Virus record (IMG/VR): IMGVR_UViG_2778261569_000015
Span: 1 to 4,714 of that record
Direction: 5' to 3' (one strand)
Origin: a virus
Lineage: Duplodnaviria; Heunggongvirae; Uroviricota; Caudoviricetes
DNA length: 4,714 nucleotides
The translations under genes and the position numbers were made by a program. The notes beneath the pieces are model-generated. The model was not told the DNA's origin and searched no databases. It was given only the letters and a program-made list of their open reading frames with translations. Position 1 is the first letter of the stretch. Every line of letters starts with the position of its first letter. Of this stretch, positions 1-4,714 are shown piece by piece.

Positions 1-38
1 TGACGGACTTCGGGGGAAAAACGAGTATTTTTAGTCAT
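1..38 (-). CDS. IS3-family transposase OrfA, N-terminal 12 codons only (gene runs off the window)
   Basis: ATG at 38-36 on the minus strand, preceded by GAGGT with 7-nt spacing. Translation is MTKNTRFSPEVR, the N-terminus I recall for IS629/IS1203-type OrfA. Confidence 0.7.
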   Translation of the reverse strand, partial: MTKNTRFSPEVR

Positions 39-92
39 CCTGTTTACCTCTTTCTCAGGGAGTTTAGTCTCCAGGATTTCCGGGGCGGTTCA
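1..92 (-). mobile_element. Left end of an IS3-family insertion sequence (IS629/IS1203-like), continuing beyond the window edge
   Basis: The minus strand from 92 downward reads TGAACCGCCCCGGAAATCCTGGAGACTAAACTCCCTGAGAAAGAGGTAAACAGG-ATG. This is a TG-initiated terminal inverted repeat followed by SD GAGGT and the orfA start, and it matches my recollection of the IS629-group left end. The family call is from memory, not a search. Confidence 0.75.
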
Positions 93-1738
93 CTCCTCTG
101 ACCGCAGGCGGTGCAGATCTTTTCCGGTTCCTGTTGCACTACTGGTTCAGGTTGTTTCGTTTCTGGCTCGTTTTGTTGCGTATTTGGGCTGTTCTGTTCC
201 GCTTTCTGGTCGTTCTGTTCCGTTTCTGGCTGATTCTGGTACACAGAATCGCGGGTCTGGATCCCCTTAATCCATTTCGGATCATTCGGGTCGCTAATCC
301 CTTCAACAAATTCTCCGCGAGAGGCAGCCAGTAATTTGTCTGCATCGACAGGATTTTGGGGCGGAATGTTTTTCCGGGCTTCATGGAGTTCTGCCCGCAG
401 TTTCTGATATTTCGCATCAACAGAATTTATCTGTGGCTGAGCATCCATCGACTGCGTGTCCTGATTATGTTCAGTTGTATCCGGTTCCACTGCTTCAGTC
501 GTTGCCTGTTCATCTGCCATTGCGCCAGATGGCTGCGGTTTTTCTTCATCATCCTGTTTTCCTTCTTTTGTTACACGCTGCGGCATTGGAGCAGAGGAGC
601 GACCGCAGGCAATATCCACGATTTCTGGATCAGGGTTGGCATGGTCGGTTTCGGTCAGTACTTTGTTCAGATATTCGGTAACACGGTGGGGAGTAGCCTC
701 GATACCAATTGGTGCTTCTTTCACGGATGCAACCACTATCGCGCGGGAATAATCCAGGTGACCAGGCATGGCGATGAATTTGTCACGAAAAACAGAAAAG
801 GGCGGCTTATTCTCTGAAACGATTTCTTCAATGCGTTTGGCGTGTGCCGGATGTGGATTGTAAATATCGATGTCCATTGAACGGGCCAGAACGCCAGCGG
901 CAACGTCACGTTCCACTGACGCATCATCGTGGACAAAACCTTCACCGCGATCGGTAAGAATTCCTCCGCCAGCATTAGCGCCGGATGGCGTGCGGCTGAT
1001 GCGTAAAACACGATTTCCTTTCATCCACTCTTTTGTCAGCAGACCTCGATCGGTATAGTCAGCGTCCAGGTATGCTTCGAAAAAAGCAGTCATTAACCCC
1101 AGACTGGAATTAACGGGATTAGGGAAAACTTTGTCTGTGTCGCGTACCAGTTTGTGAAGGTCGCGAATCTCCAGCGGGTCGAGCAGCTTTGTGTTGTGGG
1201 AAATAGCCAGGGCAGTAACAGCAGGCAGTTCTTCAGCTCGTGCGATATGTAATGCCTGAAGTTCTTCCCGTGAAACGTGCGTTACCGGTTTTTCGCTGCC
1301 ATGTTGCGCAAGCCAGCGAATGGGCAGTTCCTGACCGGAAATCGGCAGGAGCATATTATCCTCAATCTCAGCCATGTCTTCGCCATTGACGTTGGTATTG
1401 TCAGTGCTGGCTGGTTTGTCCTGAACTGAGGGGGAAGGCGCTATAAATATCATTGTGATGCCATCTTCTCCGCCTTTTTCATAGCGGTTGCAGAATTCAG
1501 TATCGAACACACCTTCAGGCGGCAGGTCATTAACAATGGGCAAATTCACGCGAACAGGTTTTTTGAAATCCTCTTCGTCAAATCCAGCATCGTCCATTGC
1601 GACAACACCCCGTGATATTGCAACCGATAATTTTTTTGCTGTGCGCCAGTAAAAACCGCCTTTAATCCCAAGGCGTTTTCTGACTTTGTCATTTTTGGCT
1701 TCGTAATACAGTGCAATTTCTTCTTTATCAGTGCTCAT
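44..1738 (-). CDS. Prophage protein of unknown function (564 codons as read), 3' end interrupted by the IS; occupies the position of ydfE in Qin-type prophages
   Basis: Long ORF with SD GAGGT 6 nt upstream of ATG 1738 and about 50% G+C by eye. The last 15 codons ([15 protein letters not shown]) are encoded by the IS terminal repeat (92-47), so the native C-terminus is lost. The native C-terminal ~110 residues are Q/E/P/T/N-rich low complexity. No Walker A or other catalytic motif recognised. Confidence 0.8.
   Translation of the reverse strand: MSTDKEEIALYYEAKNDKVRKRLGIKGGFYWRTAKKLSVAISRGVVAMDDAGFDEEDFKKPVRVNLPIVNDLPPEGVFDTEFCNRYEKGGEDGITMIFIAPSPSVQDKPASTDNTNVNGEDMAEIEDNMLLPISGQELPIRWLAQHGSEKPVTHVSREELQALHIARAEELPAVTALAISHNTKLLDPLEIRDLHKLVRDTDKVFPNPVNSSLGLMTAFFEAYLDADYTDRGLLTKEWMKGNRVLRISRTPSGANAGGGILTDRGEGFVHDDASVERDVAAGVLARSMDIDIYNPHPAHAKRIEEIVSENKPPFSVFRDKFIAMPGHLDYSRAIVVASVKEAPIGIEATPHRVTEYLNKVLTETDHANPDPEIVDIACGRSSAPMPQRVTKEGKQDDEEKPQPSGAMADEQATTEAVEPDTTEHNQDTQSMDAQPQINSVDAKYQKLRAELHEARKNIPPQNPVDADKLLAASRGEFVEGISDPNDPKWIKGIQTRDSVYQNQPETEQNDQKAEQNSPNTQQNEPETKQPEPVVQQEPEKICTACGQRSEPPRKSWRLNSLRKR
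134..250 (-). repeat. Degenerate tandem repeats (~21 bp units such as GTTCTGTTCCG(C)TTTCTGG) inside the 564-codon gene
   Basis: Visible near-repeats at 192-212 and 213-233 with further degenerate copies at 150-190. They encode the Q/E/P-rich tail ([32 protein letters not shown]). Confidence 0.6.
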
Positions 1739-1830
1739 TGATAAACCTCATAACTATTTTAAGGTTGTACGAATCCCTGCTATTGCTGGCATGCTTAATC
1801 AACGGGTATGGCGTTAATACGGCTGGCGGG

Positions 1831-2019
1831 TTATCCAGCCGGTATTTCGTTATTCAGGTACAGCGATACTTTGTTTAACGGGAGACATTCACCGGAAATT
1901 TTTTGCTCGTCTCTTGCCTGATGGCAGGATTCTTTACTGGCATAAATTCCGGTAATCACATTCTGTGGCTCACCTGTTATAAGAAAAACCGTCATCATCA
2001 GTGCAAACGCTGAACTCAC
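1831..2019 (-). CDS. ydfD: YdfD-like small lysis protein (62 aa)
   Basis: GTG start at 2019-2017 overlaps the dicB stop (GTGA). The product MSSAFALMMTVFLITGEPQ...EQKISGECLPLNKV...EIPAG resembles my recollection of E. coli Qin YdfD in length, hydrophobic N-terminus and EIPAG end, and it sits in the same position immediately after dicB. Confidence 0.6.
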   Translation of the reverse strand: MSSAFALMMTVFLITGEPQNVITGIYASKESCHQARDEQKISGECLPLNKVSLYLNNEIPAG

Positions 2020-2204
2020 TGCTGCCCTCCGAAAATGCCAAGTTCAAGAAGGGCAATTCTGGAGAGTATGGAATTATCATTGAGAAGATAAGGCTCATAT
2101 TTTCTCATCCTGATGGCGTCTTCAGTAAACTCCCGGTTACTGAGCAGAATACCAATATTAAAACACCCTTCAGACGTATTAACGTTTGGTAGTGACGTTT
2201 CCAT
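2016..2204 (-). CDS. dicB: DicB-family cell division inhibitor (62 aa)
   Basis: Internal start of the 97-aa track ORF: ATG at 2204-2202 with SD GAGGA 7 nt upstream (TTGTTGAGGACGCGATA-ATG). The N-terminal half METSLPNVNTSEGCFNIGILLSNREFTEDAI closely matches recalled K-12 DicB (METLLPNVNTSEGCFEIGVTISNPVFTEDAI); the C-terminal half is divergent. Confidence 0.85.
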   Translation of the reverse strand: METSLPNVNTSEGCFNIGILLSNREFTEDAIRMRKYEPYLLNDNSILSRIALLELGIFGGQQ

Positions 2205-2373
2205 TATCGCGTCCTCAACAATGAATTTTGTGATGCGGTGCCTGGTGCCTCCAGGTGACGTTAACCAGTTAACAATTAACGCCGGATACAGAGAATCCAC
2301 CCATAACACTGTTTTTGGTTTTAACTGTTCCGCGTGCGCTGAGCCGCATTCACCGCATCACAAAATTCACTTT

Positions 2374-2431
2374 AAAAAGGGCGGCAGAGCAGCCACGGAG
2401 TAAAACTGATACCGCCAAACGTCACCAGAAA
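2374..2431 (-). ncRNA. dicF: DicF small regulatory RNA
   Basis: Minus strand reads TTTCTGGTGACGTTTGGCGGTATCAGTTTTACTCCGTGGCTGCTCTGCCGCCCTTTTT, nearly identical to the recalled E. coli DicF sequence, including the 3' GC-rich stem and U-run. It lies between the upstream ORFs and dicB as in Qin. Confidence 0.8.
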
Positions 2432-2767
2432 ACTGATAACAGAGGGCGTTGCAGTGGGGTTGTCACTTAAGCGTATGGTCAACCTGACAACCCGGCGTCC
2501 TCAAGGGGGAACAGAATAACCCCGCCACACTTACCGCCGCGCCATTTCGCGGATTGCCACAACCGGAAGCGCACGGTCGAACTAAATTTAACGACACCGT
2601 ACAGAGAGACCAATTTCGCCGTGCGCTTTCGTGTTATGCCCTGACTTTTCAGGGAAAGAGCCTTTCAGTAAACTGTCAGTACCGGATTCTTATCCGTGTC
2701 CGGCGCACGACCACACGTGACAGCGTGTTGGTCTCCATTTTTAACCCAGCCCTTAATGGAGGATAAA

Positions 2768-3073
2768 ATGCACTCTAAATCAATCAATCGATATTATGTC
2801 CATGTGCAGTTATTTGAAGCAACAATGGAACAGGAGAAAAAGTTCGAGACTCTGATGCCAAATTTTAAATACTCCAGGATGATTAATGAAGGTGACATTG
2901 AATATAAATTATTGCCAGGGGCATACGTTATTCAGTCAACGCTTAATGCGAATCAAATACTTGAACAAACCTTTTCTATTGCTAATTCAGTTGGTGCTAA
3001 TGCTCACATTTTTGTTTGCCCTTATGATGAAAGTGCAACCCTTTTGCCTTGTGCTGATTTTAGCACTTACTAA
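2768..3073 (+). CDS. Hypothetical protein (101 aa), low-GC gene antisense to the operon
   Basis: ATG at 2768 preceded by a strong SD GGAGG (2758-2762, 5-nt spacing). The track ORF 2696-3073 is trimmed to this start. A sampled stretch is about one-third G+C, against roughly half in flanking genes. The 3' end overlaps the convergent ORF 3060-3365 by 14 bp. No recognisable motif or TM segment. Confidence 0.6.
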   Translation: MHSKSINRYYVHVQLFEATMEQEKKFETLMPNFKYSRMINEGDIEYKLLPGAYVIQSTLNANQILEQTFSIANSVGANAHIFVCPYDESATLLPCADFSTY

Positions 3074-3365
3074 CTAAATTTAATTTATGTTCAAGTTCGG
3101 CTATTTGCATACGTAGTGCTTTAACCATTGTTTCATGATAAATCTCACTCACTCCACCTGGGTGTGGGGTGAATTTAGGTGAATCATCTTTGTTTTCAGA
3201 ACTCAGATTCTCTTCGTACAGCTTAATAAAGGAATTACGCACATTATGGGATATATTGTCGATGGTTTCTTTTTCTACGGTACTCAGGTCAAGAGTCGCC
3301 AGTTGGGAACGAACTATATTCGCTGCCATTTCCTGGAATTGCATTGGTAAATCTTTAAATTCCAT
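3060..3365 (-). CDS. Hypothetical protein (101 aa) in the pL-like operon, AT-rich, C-terminal predicted helix
   Basis: Preferred start is ATG 3365-3363 with SD GAGGT 5 nt upstream; the track start at 3377 lacks an SD. It follows the ydfA-like gene with an 11-nt gap. Product begins MEFKDLPMQFQEMAANIVRSQ. Whether it corresponds to ydfB/ydfC of Qin cannot be judged from memory. Confidence 0.6.
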   Translation of the reverse strand: MEFKDLPMQFQEMAANIVRSQLATLDLSTVEKETIDNISHNVRNSFIKLYEENLSSENKDDSPKFTPHPGGVSEIYHETMVKALRMQIAELEHKLNLVSKC

Positions 3366-3376
3366 CGTCAACCTCA

Positions 3377-3529
3377 TCAGTCAGTGTTTCTGGCTAACCA
3401 GCGACGCGCGCCAGCTTCAGTTTTAAACGTTTTGCTTCTGGTATACGTCATCGCGGTAAACGTGCCGTCCAGGTTGGGGAATACTCCGTATACCAGAGAT
3501 TCGTTGTTGCCAAGATTGAGCGTATCCAT
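3377..3529 (-). CDS. ydfA: YdfA-like small protein (DUF1391-type, 50 aa)
   Basis: Internal start of the 82-aa track ORF: ATG 3529-3527 with SD GAGGT 4 nt upstream. Product MDTLNLGNNESLVYGVFPNLDGTFTAMTYTRSKTFKTEAGARRWLARNTD matches my recollection of Qin YdfA and is the first gene after the repressor, as in Qin. Confidence 0.65.
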   Translation of the reverse strand: MDTLNLGNNESLVYGVFPNLDGTFTAMTYTRSKTFKTEAGARRWLARNTD

Positions 3530-3600
3530 GTTGACCTCATTTGCCCTTAACGCCGGGGGGGCGGAACTAAGACCTGTCGCACCGTTGTGCTTTGATGGGA

Positions 3601-3640
3601 TATATTGTTCTCTTAAGATGAACATATGTCAACATTGTGA
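3601..3640 (-). promoter_or_regulatory. pL-like promoter with operator palindrome, driving the ydfA-dicF-dicB operon
   Basis: Minus strand has TTGACA (3632-3627), a 17-nt spacer, then AACAAT (3609-3604). An inverted repeat TGTTC-N9-GAACA (3606-3624) overlaps the spacer and -10. The segment is about 80% identical to the pR-like element at 4126-4165 in inverted orientation. Confidence 0.5.
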
Positions 3641-3653
3641 ATGCGCAAGAGGC

Positions 3654-3675
3654 AAAAAAAACCGCCTTCCGGCGG
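3654..3675 (-). terminator. Rho-independent terminator of the repressor gene (bidirectional in form)
   Basis: Hairpin CCGCC-TTCC-GGCGG (3662-3675). On the minus strand it is followed by an 8-nt U-run (complement of A-run 3654-3661), 22 nt downstream of the repressor stop. The plus strand has a T-rich tract after the stem (tattgttttgt). Confidence 0.7.
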
Positions 3676-3697
3676 TATTGTTTTGTAAAATAAAGAA

Positions 3698-4087
3698 TTA
3701 TTTTTGTCGCGTTATTGGGTCAACGTATTCTGAGTAAAATTCGGTCAGTTTTTGAAGGCGCATTTGAAAAGCTGCCAGCATATTTCTACGCTCTACAGGT
3801 GGCAGGTTTCTGTAAACATCAAGCAGGGCTTTCTCATCATCATCAAGCGCCTCTCTGTTTGTATCTTCTTTTCCTGTCAGTAGCCAGGAAAGGGAAACAT
3901 TTGTCGCTTCTGCAATTTTGGCTGCGGAATCTTTACTGATTGTCCCTCTTTTTTTCCAGGCGTTGACTGATGAGCGTCCTACACCAGCGATGCGCGCTAA
4001 ATCTGAACCGCTTAAATGATGCTGTTGCGAGATCGTATCTAACCTTTCTGCCAGCGGGGTGTCGTATTGCTTTTTTCTCATGTCCAT
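3698..4087 (-). CDS. cI/DicA-like phage repressor, XRE-family HTH (129 aa)
   Basis: HTH segment LSGSDLARIAGVGRSSVNAWKK near the N-terminus, with a C-terminal helical region (ALLDVYRNLPPVERRNMLAAFQMRLQKL) arranged like DicA. Divergent from a Cro-like gene and followed by its own terminator. No SD; a -10 hexamer abuts the ATG. Confidence 0.85.
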   Translation of the reverse strand: MDMRKKQYDTPLAERLDTISQQHHLSGSDLARIAGVGRSSVNAWKKRGTISKDSAAKIAEATNVSLSWLLTGKEDTNREALDDDEKALLDVYRNLPPVERRNMLAAFQMRLQKLTEFYSEYVDPITRQK

Positions 4088-4189
4088 TTAGCAATTATAA
4101 CCGTTCAGTGAACACTAACAATTCCTCGTAGTGTTGACTTATGTTCTCTTTAAGTGAACAATGTTGTGGCTGATTGAATTGGAGGTTGT
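4088..4189. promoter_or_regulatory. Divergent immunity promoter/operator region (pRM-like leftward, pR-like rightward)
   Basis: Minus-strand TATAAT at 4099-4094 ends 6 nt before the repressor ATG. Plus-strand TTGACT (4134-4139), 17-nt spacer, AACAAT (4157-4162). Operator-like palindromes TGTTC-N9-GAACA (4142-4160) and GTTCagtGAAC (4103-4113). SD GGAGG 4181-4185. Confidence 0.6.
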
Positions 4190-4465
4190 ATGACAGCATT
4201 GGACAAGGCAATAAAGATTGCTGGTGGTATTCGTCCGCTAGGGCGTGCAATAGGGGCTTGGCCGTCTCAAATACACAAATGGGCAAATGAATACAATGGT
4301 CGAGTGCCGACAGGGGAGCGGGTTCGTCAAATTTATATTGCAACTGGGGTGACTCCTCATGAATTGCGACCAGATTTATATCCGAATCCAACCGACGGGT
4401 TGCCTGCTGGAGATAAGGCTAACACACAAAATACACCGGAGTTGATTCATGAAAATCAAGCATGA
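4190..4465 (+). CDS. Cro-like HTH regulator (DicC/YdaS family, 91 aa)
   Basis: SD GGAGG 4 nt upstream of ATG 4190. N-terminal AIKIAGGIRPLGRAIGAWPSQIHKW and ...GVTPHELRPDLY fit the Cro/YdaS pattern. It is divergent from the repressor. Confidence 0.8.
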   Translation: MTALDKAIKIAGGIRPLGRAIGAWPSQIHKWANEYNGRVPTGERVRQIYIATGVTPHELRPDLYPNPTDGLPAGDKANTQNTPELIHENQA

Positions 4466-4714
4466 ACACATCCGCATGGCGATGAATGCCTGGGCGCGTC
4501 CTGATGGCGAAAAAGTTCCAGCAGCTGGAATAACCCAGGCTTATTTTGAGTTGGGTATGACGTTTCCTGAACTGTATGACGACAGCCATCCGGAAGCCCT
4601 GGCTCGCAATACCCAGAAAATTTTCCGCTGGGTAGAGAAAGACACCCCTGATGCTGTTGAAAAAATGCAGGCTCTGTTACCGGCGATCGAAAAGGCGATG
4701 CCGCCTTTGCTGGT
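4449..4714 (+). CDS. YdaT-like protein in the cII position, N-terminal 88 codons (no stop within window)
   Basis: ATG 4449 with GGAG 7 nt upstream; overlaps the cro-like gene's last 17 nt. Translation MKIKHEHIRMAMNAWARPDGEKVPAAGITQAYFELGMTFPELYDDSHPEALARNTQKIFRWVEKDTPDAVEKMQALLPAIEKAMPPLL. The MKIKHEHI start and position downstream of cro resemble the Rac YdaT family as I recall it. Confidence 0.65.
   Translation, partial: MKIKHEHIRMAMNAWARPDGEKVPAAGITQAYFELGMTFPELYDDSHPEALARNTQKIFRWVEKDTPDAVEKMQALLPAIEKAMPPLL

Noticed and set aside
134-1058. Track ORFs 134-334(+), 139-420(-), 356-817(+), 433-681(+), 736-1011(-) and 870-1058(+)
   Set aside because: All lie inside or antisense to the 564-codon gene in other frames, have no RBS and skewed low-complexity composition. 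They are shadow ORFs of the repeat-rich, GC-balanced coding region.
1821-1854. Hairpin GGCTGG-N8-CCAGCC spanning the ydfD stop codon, considered as a terminator
   Set aside because: On the coding (minus) strand no U-run follows the stem. On the plus strand a weak T-rich tract follows, but no plus-strand gene lies upstream.
2205-2309. N-terminal extension of the 97-aa track ORF upstream of DicB
   Set aside because: Recalled homology and the SD both support the internal start at 2204 (METSLPNV...); the upstream 35 codons have no RBS.
2001-2403. Plus-strand ORFs 2001-2192 and 2113-2403
   Set aside because: They are antisense to dicB and DicF, which are supported by homology, and have no convincing RBS.
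2554-2767. 70-aa plus-strand ORF 2554-2766 and the 5' extension of track ORF 2696-3073
   Set aside because: Non-ATG starts and no RBS, whereas a strong GGAGG precedes the ATG at 2768. The 20-codon minus-strand ORF from ATG 2738 (METNTLSRVVVRRTRIRIRY) has no RBS either and was not called.
2886-3077. 63-aa plus-strand ORF in an alternative frame
   Set aside because: It lies wholly inside the better-supported 2768-3073 gene in another frame; its hydrophobic product is typical of AT-rich frame artefacts.
3530-3625. N-terminal 32-codon extension of the 82-aa track ORF (MFILREQY...)
   Set aside because: The internal ATG at 3529 has a GAGGT SD and gives the 50-aa YdfA-like product; the extension has no RBS.
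3169-3939. Plus-strand ORFs 3169-3426, 3384-3737 and 3715-3939
   Set aside because: They are antisense to the ydfA-like gene, ORF 3060-3365 and the repressor, and the middle one spans the terminator hairpin.
4095-4391. 98-aa minus-strand ORF
   Set aside because: It is antisense to the Cro-like gene and would begin inside it, running across the operator region, with no RBS.
1-4714. Searched for CRISPR arrays, tRNA/rRNA genes and integrase attachment sites
   Set aside because: No spaced direct repeats, cloverleaf-compatible segments or rRNA-like sequence were seen; the only repeats are the coding tandem repeats at 134-250 and the operator palindromes.

Overview
This window is the immunity and early-left region of a Qin-type (DicA/DicB-like) cryptic lambdoid prophage from an enterobacterium, with the terminal ~92 bp of an IS3-family insertion sequence at its left edge. 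On the minus strand, right to left: a cI-like HTH repressor (3698-4087) with a strong intrinsic terminator, then a pL-like operon holding a YdfA-like small protein, an AT-rich 101-aa ORF, a ~340-nt untranslated spacer, the DicF sRNA, the DicB division inhibitor, a YdfD-like lysis protein, and a 564-aa protein of unknown function whose 3' end is interrupted by the IS. Diverging from the repressor on the plus strand are a Cro-like gene and the start of a YdaT/cII-position gene. The best candidate for an undescribed accessory module is a low-GC plus-strand gene (2768-3073) lying antisense inside the operon and overlapping, tail to tail, the AT-rich minus-strand ORF (3060-3365). All family assignments rest on recalled sequence similarity and synteny; no database search was run.
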